From NCBI RefSeq assembly GCF_001194135.2, contig NC_069000.1, positions 7,869,087 to 7,933,086 on the forward strand: a stretch of DNA of 64,000 nt, in the 5' to 3' direction. Of the stretch, positions 26,326-38,517 are shown in pieces. The position numbers were made by a program, and so were the translations under genes. Numbering within the stretch: position 1 is the stretch's first letter; every line of letters begins with the position of its first letter. The notes below the pieces were generated by a model. That model was not told the origin of the DNA, searched no databases, and saw only the letters and a program-made list of their open reading frames with translations. The DNA comes from Octopus bimaculoides (lineage: Eukaryota).

Positions 26326-26406
26326 GGCTCTGGTGAAGCTATAAGATCTTGCTCAGGCAGTCAACTGTGGGTCCACTGCATCTTGTAGCAGAAACAGCTT
26401 TAAGCT
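26326..26406 (+). ncRNA. Degenerate hammerhead ribozyme motif (core CTGGTGA; TTA triplet)
   Basis: ggct-CTGGTGA-A-gctataagat..32 nt..atcttgtagc-A-GAAAC-AGCT-TTA-agct; 10-bp stem II. Confidence 0.6.
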
Positions 26407-26539
26407 GACAAAGTTCATGAGAAAATCATTTGTTCCTTTGTCATCTTATTTCCTTATTACCACTCTGTACTCAACTAACACTTTGTTCCGAAGCATATGT
26501 ATATCGAGTTCCATATCAGGTCTTTAGTCTGGCAATGCC

Positions 26540-26795
26540 TGAGCAAAATGGAGGCAATGACCAAGGCCTTTGGCATTATGTTGTGCTTGAGAAAACCCAT
26601 CAAGCCGAGCAAAATTGCAGTTGTGGCAGATACCGGTGTCACACAAATGGCACCTGTGCCGCTGGCATGTAAAAGCACCCATTACATTCTCAGAGTGGTT
26701 GGCGTTAGGAAGGGCATCAAGCCGTAGAAAACCATGCCAAATCAGACTGGAGCCTGGTGCAGCCTCCCAGTTGAACCATCCAACCCATGCTTGCA
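26540..26795 (+). mobile_element. SINE family A copy (plus orientation)
   Basis: taaaagcaccc...gtggttggcgttaggaagggcatc...ccaacccatgc; similar copies at 49195-49540 and 63320-63512. Confidence 0.8.
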
Positions 26796-27309
26796 TGTAT
26801 GTATGCGTGTATGTACATATGTATATGTAAATGTATGTATGTACATGTATATATGTAAATGTGTGCATGTATGTATGTATGTATGTATGTTTGTATGTAT
26901 GTGTGGGTGTGTATGGGAAAGAAAGTCAGAACTTCATCAATTGGTTATCAACCATAGACTAGGAATAATAGGACACTCCCAACTGGAATCCTGTTGTTTG
27001 ACTCAGTGAAAGAACTGAGAGTATGGAATGGTGCCAAAATCAGAGATTGACTTGCAGTGTGCAGATAGCAGATGGCATCTTTGTGTATGTGTGTGTGTTG
27101 TGTTGTGTGCATATGTGTATACACTGTGTGTGTGTGTGTGTATACAGGCACAACAATATGGTTGAGTTACTACATATGTGAGACTGTGTTTATAGTTCAC
27201 AGAATACTCCTCTGGGGATTTTCTCTGAAGTATATTGTTTATATACATAATTAGCAGCATTGCATCTTTTCCTCCTTTTCTCTCTCTCTCTCTCTCTCTT
27301 TATATATGT

Positions 27310-27354
<45 letters not shown>

Positions 27355-27770
27355 NNNNNNNNNNNNNNNNNNNNNNNNNNNNNNNNNNNNNNNNNNNNNN
27401 NNNNNNNNNNNNNNNNNNNNNNNNNNNNNNNNNNNNNNNNNNNNNNNNNNNNNNNNNNNNNNNNNNNNNNNNNNNNNNNNNNNNNNNNNNNNNNNNNNNN
27501 NNNNNNNNNNNNNNNNATATATATATGTATATATATATGTATAATCTTTTACTTGTTTCAGTCATTTGACTGTGGTCATGCTGGAGCACTGCCATTAGTC
27601 GAACAATTCGACCCCAGGGCTTATTCTTTGTAAGCCTAGGACTTATTCTATTGGTCTCTTTTGTTGAGCCGTTAAGTGGGGAGGACATAAACACACCAGC
27701 ATCAGTTATTAAGCAATGGTGGAGGGACAAATACATACACAAATAACAAATACATACATACACACATACG

Positions 27771-27801
<31 letters not shown>

Positions 27802-28939
27802 GATGGGCTTCTTTCAGTCTCTATCTACCAAATCCACTCACAAAGCTATAGTAGAAGACACTTAGCCCCCGTGGGCAATAAAGAAATAAATATTACATAA
27901 GCATTTTATAATGTTTCTTTCTTTTCTGGAAACTCGCTGCGTACTGGCAGCTGATGGCTCGCAGACTGGTACCGGTCCGCAGACCACCATTTTGAGTAGC
28001 ACTGCAGCAGAGTAAAATAGGAACCAAAGGAGTTCATAAGTAAAAAATGGTTGGGGACCACTGCTTTAGTAGAACCTGCTCTGTTGCAAACATTCAGGTT
28101 AGTCTCTGGTCTTGGGATAACTTCCCCCGGCCAATTACAGAGACACTGCCCCCATACACATACCAGTTCATCCTCTGACAAAAATGTTAAATAAATGAAA
28201 TAATTGTATTAAAAAAATGTTTTATCTGATGTTGGAATCACATGTTTGGATTGTTTAAATGTAAATTCAGTAAAAGTTTGTGTCAATTCCAGAAACTCGT
28301 TGGAGCAGAAAGACAGAATATGAGTGAAACAATAAAATATTTAAAAAATTGTTTCCATCATTTTAAAAGGAAGGAAATGTTTTAAATAGCTGACACAGGC
28401 ATCAATGAAAGAGTTCATAGAGGAAAATGAGTGGGTATGCCTGTATGTGTGTGTATGTGTATACAAATACATACACAAAGGCTTGTATGGATATGTGTGT
28501 GTGAGCAAGTAGCTTATATCTGCAAGTGTTTTGAATCTGTGTTAACATAAGCAGCCTGGGCTAGAATAAAGATAAAGTGTGAGGGGGAAGTAGCTAAAAA
28601 AACATGTTGTTGAGTGTGTGTGTGTGTGTGGTTATTGTTGTTGATGTGTTTAATATGGAATTTAGTCAGTTCGTCCTTTCATAGAAAATGTCAGATGTGG
28701 AAAAGTGAGATGAACGGAAAACAGGATTGGACTGGTTTTGTATATTTTAAGAATTTCAAATGTGGGAAACAGGTTCCTGTGCTATAATTATGGTAACTAC
28801 GTGACATAGATTATAAGACTCAACATTTAACTACAGAAATCTGTATTAGCCACAAATAAACTGTACTTTAATAGTTCAGGAATAGTGAACTACATATTTG
28901 TACACATCATTTCACTCTAGTATCAAATATTAAACTAGT

Positions 28940-29440
28940 TATGTACCACTTCACGATAAGCCAGGTGCTTCTGTTCACCAAATACCAGATGCACCGTTTC
29001 CTCATATATCAGATGTTCCTGTTCACCACATACCACATGTACCAGTTCACCATATACAAGATGTACTTGTTCACCATATATCAGATGTATGTTTGCCATA
29101 TACCAGTTCACCATACACTAGATGTGTTTACCATATACCAAATGTACCATTTTATCATACATCAGATGTACCAACTCACTACATACAAGATGTTTCTGTT
29201 CACTATACACCAGTTGCATCTATTTACCATAAACCAGATGTACCTGTTCACCATATATCAGATATATGTTTACTGTATACCAAATGTACCTGCTTATCAT
29301 ATACCAGATGCACTATTCATCATATACAAGGTATACCTGTTCACCACACTCCAGAAGTTTCTGTTCACCATATCTGAGAAGCAGCAGTTCACCATATATT
29401 ATTCACCACATATGAAATAATACCCATTCACCATTCACCA
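28940..29440. repeat. 24-bp minisatellite (atgtacctgttcaccatataccag)n
   Basis: About 20 degenerate units; consensus is stop-free in all three plus frames. Confidence 0.9.
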
Positions 29441-30793
29441 GTTTAATAGTCTTTACAAAAGGCTGCCATTTCTATCACTCAGTCATAAATCCGTTTCTTG
29501 TAAGTCACACAGAGTGAAGTTGAATTATGTAACAGTAAGGTGGTTATTTAAATATTTGAGGTAATAAACTTAGAAGTTTTAATTAGAGTTATATTTCCAA
29601 TGATGAGAACAACCGTAAAAAAAAAAAAAAAACAGGAGACAACCCTAAAATTAATCATATATGGAATGCTGTGGGGGCGATAGACAACAGAATAGATGTC
29701 ATGGTACCTGAGGTTGGGAATCAATTTAACATCACTACTATGCGGATGGTGCTATCTTCCTGGTATATCACAAATAAGAATTACTTTAGTAGATTGTCAT
29801 CATCATTTAATGTCCAACATTCCATGCTTGCATGGATCAGATGAAATTTATTGAGGCATATTTTCTATAGCTGGATGCTCTTCCTGACACCAACCCTAAC
29901 CCTAAACCGTCCAACCCATGCCAGCATGGAAAGCAGATGTTAAACGACGACGACGATGATGATGATTATCACGTATGGCTGTGAAGTGAAATATTTACAC
30001 ACAACCAAGTCACAGATACACCAAAGGCCAACCTCTATGTTAATCTTTCAACCCGATACAAATAACAGTACGTTAATTTCAAATATGACATTTAGCCAAC
30101 TTGTACCATACTAAAAGAGAAAGCAGGGAGAAGCTGTATAATCATTCAGTCTGCAAGAAAAAGCAGTCAGGTCTTTCTTAAATCCCTGATCCTAAATACA
30201 ATATTTATGCAAAGCCTGGATAATCAAAGCTGACACTGGACTGACCACTACCACCACTACTGCTTTGCTGTAAATCTACACAACTTGATGTAAACAAATA
30301 AAATTAAGCTATGTAATAATATAAAATCACTGGCACTCCATCGGTTATGACGACAAAGATTCCAGTTGATCTGATCAACGGAACAGCCTGCTTGTGAAAT
30401 TAACATGCAAGTGGCTGAGTACTCCACAGACATGTGCATCCTTAATCTAGTTCTCAGGGAGACTCAGTGTGGCACAGAATGTGACAAGGCTGGCTCCTTT
30501 TGAATTACAGGTACAATAATTTTTTACCCGCTGAGTGGACTGAAGCAACATGAAATAAAGCACCTTGCTCAAGGACACAATGCACCACCAGTTTTTGAAC
30601 TCACGACCTTACATTATGAGTCGAATACCTTAATCACTTAGTCATTTGCTTTGCTCCAGCATGGCCCGCAGTAAAATGGCTGAAAAGAATATCTCTTACA
30701 TATGTATGTGCTTTTCCCATTGGTAATGCTTTTCTATATATATATATACATAAATGTAAATGTTTTCCTAAATAAATTGCACTTCATGTATGA

Positions 30794-30876
30794 AGCTCTG
30801 ATGAAGCTAGCTAAAGTGATAATCAGGCACTCAATTATGAGCACATTGCACCTTATAGCCAAAACAGCTGTAAGCT
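30794..30876 (+). ncRNA. Degenerate hammerhead ribozyme motif (G12->A)
   Basis: agct-CTGATGA-A-gcta...tagc-C-AAAAC-AGCT-GTA-agct; flanks homologous to the 26.3 kb copy. Confidence 0.6.
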
Positions 30877-31659
30877 AATGGAATTCATAACAATTGTATA
30901 TTTCTTTTGTCATCTCAAATTCTTATATGATATACATACCAGAGTGTTACCTGTTATATGTTGTGTAATTTTGGAAGTATACTCTTGCCACTATGGGTAA
31001 CATCAGGAAACATGGCAGTCATACAATAATTGGAATTTAACTTTCAACAAATTTCTTGGTGCTTATACAAAATAATGAAAAGAATACAAATTTTCAAAAG
31101 AAAAAATATTTATTACTTTTAAAATAAAATTAAATAAAACATTTCTCATTTGTAAACTCCTCTCATAACTATAATTTACTCCCTCTTTTCCGACAATGTT
31201 TCTATCTCTGAGTCTTTCTCTCTTACTGAATGTGTGTGTGTAGAGTATTCTTTTACTCATTTCTAGTCACCAAGCTTACGATGTGCACTCATTCTGTACC
31301 TTTTAATTTGGTATCTTTCTTTTACTCTCTCTCTCTCTACTCCCCAATCTATATGATGTAAAGTGTGACAGGAGAAATCAACCAACCAACCAACTTTTAT
31401 ATTGGCTATTATTATATTACAACATAAGGTGACAAGCAGGCAGAATTGTTCCAAGTTCAAATTCTGTCAAGGTTGACTTTACCTTTTATACTTTCAGGGT
31501 TAATAAAATAAGTACCAGTTGAATACTGGGATTGTTGTAATTGACTTATCCCTTCCTTTAAAATTGCTGATCTTCTGCCAAAATTTCAAATCATTATACG
31601 TGTGTGTGTGTGTGATATAGATTCTACATATCGTTATTAACACCATTTGAATAAAATCA

Positions 31660-32020
31660 GTGACTGTGTGGCAAGAAGCTTGCTTCCCAACCACATGGTT
31701 CTGGGTTCAGTCCCGCTCCTTGGTAACATGGGCAAGAGTCTTCTACTATAGCTTCAAGCTGACCAAAACCTTGTGAGCGGATTTGGTAGATGGAAACTGA
31801 AAGAAGCCAGTTGTGTGTGTGTGTATGCCATTGTGTCTGTCCCCCACCACGAATTGATAACCCCGTAATTTAGTAGTTCAGCAAAAGAGACTGATAGAGA
31901 ATAAGTACTAGGCTTAAAAAAAAAAAAAAAGCCCTGGGGTCAGTTTTTCTGACTAAAACCCTTCAAGGCAGTGTCCCAACATACCTGCAGTCAAATGACT
32001 GAAACAAGTAAAAGAATATG
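31660..32020 (+). mobile_element. SINE family C (ggctgtgtggtaagaagcttgcttcccaaccacatgg head, ...gactgaaacaagtaaaaga tail)
   Basis: A/B-box-like head; related pieces at 7545-7660 (-), 27545-27870 (-), 43125-43310 (+) and 47147-47310 (+). Confidence 0.75.
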
Positions 32021-32675
32021 AAAGAAATTATTTACATTCACCAGTACACAAAAAACCTGACATTTCAGTGGTGTTACATCAGTTTCAACCTAGAAGCACC
32101 ACCATCCTCATCATCACCAGAGGAATAAAAACATTGTACTTGAAGAACAAAGACTGCTGACAGAAAGGCATTCAGCTGTAGAAAGGCATGATATTTTCCA
32201 GCATAAAAGTTGAATTTTTCGGATCAAAATTTACAGTGAAAAAAAAAAGGTAGGTTGACTAATATACCAAGACGACTTTGGAGGACTCAAACTTCCACGT
32301 GAAATGCAACAGGATTTGGAAAGATAGTGACAATGTTTCAATGTTTACACTATATACCATGTTGACTTGTACGCCAGAAAATACGGTACCTTAATAAGTC
32401 TTGTCTAACTCATACCAGCATGAGAAAGCAGACATAAAAAGGATGATGGCCCAGTGATTTAAGCCTTTATAGCTCTTCAATATTAGGTTGTGAGTTTAGT
32501 TCCAGTTCGTTGTGTCCTTGAGCAAGAGGCTTCATTACAGTGTTTCATGCTCATCAGATAGTAATGAGCACCAGTCCAGTGCTAGTGCAGCCTCCTCTTC
32601 TTCCAGTTACCACATCCACTGGGTCAAGTGGGGTGAGAAGGTGTCTATATTTGGTCATGAGCCCATAGACACCTA

Positions 32676-32718
<43 letters not shown>

Positions 32719-33017
32719 NNNNNNNNNNNNNNNNNNNNNNNNNNNNNNNNNNNNNNNNNNNNNNNNNNNNNNNNNNNNNNNNNNNNNNNNNNNNNNNNNN
32801 NNNNNNNNNNNNNNNNNNNNNNNNNNNNNNNNNNNNNNNNNNNNNNNNNNNNNNNNNNNNNNNNNNNNNNNNNNNNNNNNNNNNNNNNNNNNNNNNNNNN
32901 NNNNNNNNNNNNNNNNNNNNNNNNNNNNNNNNNNNNNNNNNNNNNNNNNNNNNNNNNNNNNNNNNNNNNNNNNNNNNNNNNNNNNNNNNNNNNNNNNNNN
33001 NNNNNNNNNNNNNNNNN

Positions 33018-33085
<68 letters not shown>

Positions 33086-34687
33086 TGTGTGTGTGTGTGT
33101 GTGTGAGAGAGAGGGGGTTACTGACAAACGTCACACGAGAATGTGAAATCAAGGACAGGACGATTGATGTTCACAAGAATTGGTTTGGTTTAGAAATAAC
33201 TGGGGAAAAAAGACAAAAATATAAAAATGGGTAGAAAAATATTTGTCAAATATTTTAATAACAACAACAATATTTTTGATTTCTTACACAAAGCACCTCA
33301 GATCGATAAACGTGTGACCATCATGCCTCTCCAAAAAAGGGGTCAAGGAAGAATTAATATTGGTCACAGTAAAAAATGTTTCGTTAGCACCAAGACTGTG
33401 TTGAATTCTGAACGAACAGACGGATTTATAGGAAGGAACGTGAATCAATGATGTTCATGCCTTGCCAACAGTAAAATCAAAAGCAGGTTTAAGTTTCCAT
33501 TTACTGATTTCCTAACAGCAACAGCAGGCATGTATTGCAATGACTGAGATGTGGTGTTCATACGCTTAATTAGATCACTTGTGTCCCACGACAGAGTAGA
33601 ATCGTGGTCACTTTAATAATTCCATAAAACCACCCGTTGTCGGGAGGCGCAAAATATTTAAATTAACGTTGGTCAAAATAACATTTTTACAAAAAATATC
33701 ATCTCACCCGATCCTCACTCCCACGTACCAAAGTTGTTTAACTTCGAGTCAACTGTAATCTAGCAGAACTATGATGAAAGATATTCCAACCGTGGTCATC
33801 TCGTTAGGGATAGTCAACCCCAAAACTATATTATTCCAATGTGTCCTCCCTTTTTCAAGACAACAGGGTGTAATTTGAGAGTGACTTAGCTGCTCTTTCT
33901 AGCAGGCCGAACGACCACGTAGAGACTCTAGTGCACTCGAGGAGGAAGTATTTCTTTACAGAAGTAATGGTAACGTCCTCTCTCGTTTAGCATGGGCGGA
34001 AGGTATATCGATCAACACACCTTAATTTCTGATAATGAACAGGTGGAGGAGAGAGATAGAGAGAGACTAATTAAGAATTCTATTCTGTAACAAGAATGTG
34101 TGAATGAATTGTGGCGTTCACCCATTTCCCACTAAAACTTGTGAGAAGAGAGAGGGTGGGGCTGGAATTAAAAGGTAGAGCTTGGTGAGTCACGAGGGAA
34201 GAACTCAAAAGATGAGGCATCAATAGAATTGCCATCAACCATCAGATGCCTGGCTCATTTATAAACAAACTTCCTGTTAATTGCTAATGGAAATATAAAA
34301 CGATTTTTTTTTAACAGAGGTTTATATAAAGTCAAATATTTTGAGGCAAATTTAAACTTTCTTAAATATTTATTATTTAACTTAGATGTGGGTTGTTTTC
34401 TTTTATAAAATTCGACTCTTCAGGTTTTAATTTTCATTTCCATATAGTGTTTTTCGGAACTAATTACGTATAAATAAAAAGTTGCACATCACACAACCAT
34501 ACACACAGACGTACATGTGGATCTATATACATACACATTCATATGTATTTATTACGGGTGGGAGTGCTAAGCAGTGGTGTGTAAAAATGCAATGTTATTA
34601 CCAGTGGCAGATTCGAACTCATTCACACAGTGAATGGCTTGCTTACGAGTTCGAATCTGCCACAAGCATAATTGAACTGGTGATAAC

Positions 34688-34728
<41 letters not shown>

Positions 34729-35279
34729 NNNNNNNNNNNNNNNNNNNNNNNNNNNNNNNNNNNNNNNNNNNNNNNNNNNNNNNNNNNNNNNNNNNNNNNN
34801 NNNNNNNNNNNNNNNNNNNNNNNNNNNNNNNNNNNNNNNNNNNNNNNNNNNNNNNNNNNNNNNNNNNNNNNNNNNNNNNNNNNNNNNNNNNNNNNNNNNN
34901 NNNNGATAATTCGGAAAAAAAAAACAACAAAAAAACAAACGATACATTATTTCTAAAATTTTAAGTGCTGTCACTAAAACAAATTAAAAATCTGAAAGAA
35001 AAATATACTAAAAAACAAACTTAATCTTAACAAAATCTCTTGACATTTAACTGTTATAATTCGCCTAAACATGAAGACTACTGATAACAGTCCGAGAATG
35101 TGAAATCTCAATATTTCGAAGATATAAAATCGAAAATTATCAAAAAATAAGTTTTAACAAATAAATACTAGAAACGTTGGTTGCATTCTTGTCGAACTCC
35201 CAACTGTCTTGAAGGATTGTATTTTGGTGGTCTTTCTTGTCTTCCATACTTTTCAGACGGTTGTTATGCATTTCCACTA

Positions 35280-35310
<31 letters not shown>

Positions 35311-35845
35311 TTATATATATATAATTCCCACTGGTGTGTATATATTTCCATTGGTGTATATGTGAGCATATATAATATACATATTTGTGTGTGTTTTTGA
35401 AATTGTCTCAGTAGCAAAGAAGAGTTAATTCCAAACGATAGAAAAGAAAAAAAATTAAACCAAAACCAGTGGTTCGATAATTAATCGATACTGGTTCTGG
35501 TTGTTATTATTGTATAACAGTATTGCTCTCCACAATGAAATGTTACTGCAAACAGAGAAGGCACTGAAGTGTGAGTGAGATTCATTGACAATTGGTGGTT
35601 GTTGGCGCAGTTGTGAGATTCTGATGGGGATTGAACCCGTTACCGTTTGGTTTACCTCAATGGAGACATTTCCTCGACCTCAAAATCTGGAGTGTGTGTA
35701 AGAAAAATCCTTATCATCGTTATTAGCGAAACCGATTTTGTGTGTCTATATAGAATGGTTGGAGCCGTTTTTTGTTGTTAAAAGATGAACAACTTTGCAG
35801 AGAGAAAAAAAAGCAGAAAGGGACTGGCATGGCAGGAAGGGTTTC

Positions 35846-36592
35846 TTAGTTACCGAGGAAGGAAAAAAGGGTAACAGAAAGGACGAGTAAGAAAAGGTGG
35901 AGAAAGATGTAAGGCAAAGGTCTGATGGTAGAACCAATTAGTTCTTCACCGCCAAGATGTTTCGATTGTGGTACATAATGATTATTCAACACTTGACGAA
36001 TGTCTCCGACCATTTTTAGCAGACCCACAGAAATATTCTCATCAGGTAGGAAATGTTGCCCGGCCTTTTCGGTAATTTCCTTGATTAGTTCCAGTGTAAG
36101 AACCTTGCGTGCCGTTTTACCACTGTAGGTCAGTAAAGTATTGTCATCTCGAGAATAGAATAGAATGATTCCTTCCTCGCATCGTTCTTCGTTGAACGAC
36201 CAACGTTGGTCGAGCGAAGAGACAAAATTAATGGCATTGTTCAGTATCGCAATTTGGCTGGTATTGCTGCCTGTCTCGATCTTCTTGGCCAAAATAACTG
36301 AAGTATAGTAGCCTCCAGAGTTGTTCTCACACACCCAGGCACTGCAAGGGCATAGCGTATACTTAACGTTCATTTCTTCCAGCACCAAATTTAGAATGTC
36401 TTTTGCGTTGTTGTCCAATAAACCGTCCGGATCGCACAACCATTCTGGTTTGTTTTGTTTACACAGGACATATTGATTTCTCGGGTGAGGGTAGTTGTCC
36501 GCTCGCCAAACTGGGATGTCTGCAGATAAGAATGTAGGAAGCAGGATCAGGTAAATTCCAAGATGGGCCAGCAGCATCGTAGAGTGTGGCAT
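35846..36592 (-). CDS. MOLO1 (modulator of levamisole receptor-1)/TPM-domain family protein, 248 aa, single coding exon
   Basis: Signal-peptide-like N-terminus; W-x4-YP-x-P...C...W-x-CDPDGLL motif, CPC and later Cys typical of the MOLO1 family; C-terminal hydrophobic tail; ATG in gagccATG context. Confidence 0.8.
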   Translation of the reverse strand: MPHSTMLLAHLGIYLILLPTFLSADIPVWRADNYPHPRNQYVLCKQNKPEWLCDPDGLLDNNAKDILNLVLEEMNVKYTLCPCSAWVCENNSGGYYTSVILAKKIETGSNTSQIAILNNAINFVSSLDQRWSFNEERCEEGIILFYSRDDNTLLTYSGKTARKVLTLELIKEITEKAGQHFLPDENISVGLLKMVGDIRQVLNNHYVPQSKHLGGEELIGSTIRPLPYIFLHLFLLVLSVTLFSFLGN

Positions 36593-38350
36593 GGCTCTTC
36601 CTCTGTCACAAGGTTACAAACACAACCAAAGGTAGAAGAGATACGAAAATGTCTAGTATTGTTTAGAGAGAAAATGTAGGCTGTAAAGGAGTGTTATTGT
36701 TTTGTGTGTGGGAGAAATAAATAGAGGAGAGACAGTGTGTATATGTGTTATCTGGTCCAGTAGTGAGCAAGCAACTAGTCAGGCAACAACTAAACACATG
36801 TTGCCATACATGGTATTTCCTTTCTGCAATTACTTCCTTCGCCCACCGTCATCTCTCGTTATAACGAGAAAACTTTACAACTAACTTTTTTTTTTTCCTT
36901 CTTGGTTTTATTATGACATTAGGACAATTATAATACAGGGCAATCGAGAAGCAAAACTTTTAAAATACCGTAAACAAAATATTATTTTGGATTTAGTAAT
37001 GACTCTTTTCGTCGTGAGTTCAAATCTCGTTAAGGTTAACTTTACCTTTTAGAAGAAGAGTGGGAGAGGTTTAATAATAAAAGTACCTGTCAAGTACTGC
37101 AGATCTATTCAACCGATTAGACCCTCCCTCAACATTCATGGCTGTGATTCTCTTAGAAATAATAATGTCAATTATTTGTCTTTGTTGCTATTTGTCCTAT
37201 AAAGTATCACAAAGTTAACACTAATAACTATGAGAGACCATAAACACTATTAAAAAAAAAAAAGCAACAGAATTACCGAAAGAAAACGAATTTACGAATA
37301 TGGTTCACTCGAAGAAATAAAACAACGCAATCTTTTTGTATTTCCTTAATTTTATTCTACAAACTATTTCAAAATCAGATTTGTTGCATATTGGAGAAAT
37401 GTTACAAAAAAAAAAGGTTTTTCTGTTGGCCATCCGTAGATAAAAAAAAAAAACGAAATGTCGCCGATCGAACAAAGAGAAACTTTGTTTACTCGATACG
37501 CTAAACGATTATTAGTGTGCATTCATTATTTAGTTGCTTTCTAAATGATAAGTATAAACTGGGAAGAAGCAGCTTAATTAAAATAATGAACAACAGTAAT
37601 AGGAACGTAAATATTTAACTTGGATTTCTTGACTTGCCGAATCGAATTAACTTTTTCTTGTCAAAAACCCGATGAAAATTGTAAGAAATAAACGAGTGGG
37701 GCACAATGAGGGTTTTTTTTTACTGCATTTTTGAATTTAGGACAAAGTATATTTTTTTTACAAATGTTCTGGCCTTTCTTAAATGCATTAAAAGCATTAT
37801 AACATAATCTGATCACTATTTCAGAAAATTATCACCGTTCTTGAGGACATAAAAGACAAATTTGTCTGGGGCAAAATGAGTAAACGAATATAATGTAAAT
37901 TTGCTGCTTCAATTCTCTCGAAAACAAACTCATACACATCAATATTCACCCCTAGACATCAGAATAAAAAAAAAAAATCTAGGTCAATTGAAAGAGTATC
38001 ATGGAAAAATGGCACATGGTATGAAATTAACGAAACTCGACTACATTAAATAAACTCAACATAAAATATTCTCTATAGTTTCTTAACGATCTGCTGGAGA
38101 GTCCTGTTCGTGATATATTTACACACTATACAATTGAAAAGAAGAAATTTTTAAAAATTAGTCATTACTCATTTTACCCCATTTAGTCATTTTTTTTTTT
38201 TAAACTTGAAAATTATCAAATTAGATATTAGTGTGCGGAAAATCTGACTTAGAATCCAACTGAGAAAAGAATATTGATTGTTAAGCACTAAAAATTATCC
38301 AGATATTTTATTAACAACCTGTATTACAATCAGGTCAAAGTAGAGGAAAA

Positions 38351-38517
38351 ATATATACCTATTATTTTAAGGAAATTAATTCCCCCAAAATACAAGGTAT
38401 TGAACCAGTATTTCCTTGGATGAAACCATCCCTTCTTGAGTTTAACACAACCTCTAATCGAATATATATACCTTGTATTTTGGGGGAATTAATTTCCTTA
38501 AAATAATAGGTATATAT
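38351..38517. mobile_element. MITE-like element with perfect 50-bp terminal inverted repeats
   Basis: 38351-38400 is the exact reverse complement of 38468-38517; 67-nt spacer; TA-rich termini. Confidence 0.75.

Noticed and set aside
35590-35655. B-box-like GGTTCAATCCCC on the minus strand
   Set aside because: No cloverleaf or A-box; likely a decayed SINE head. I found no convincing tRNA or rRNA gene in the window.
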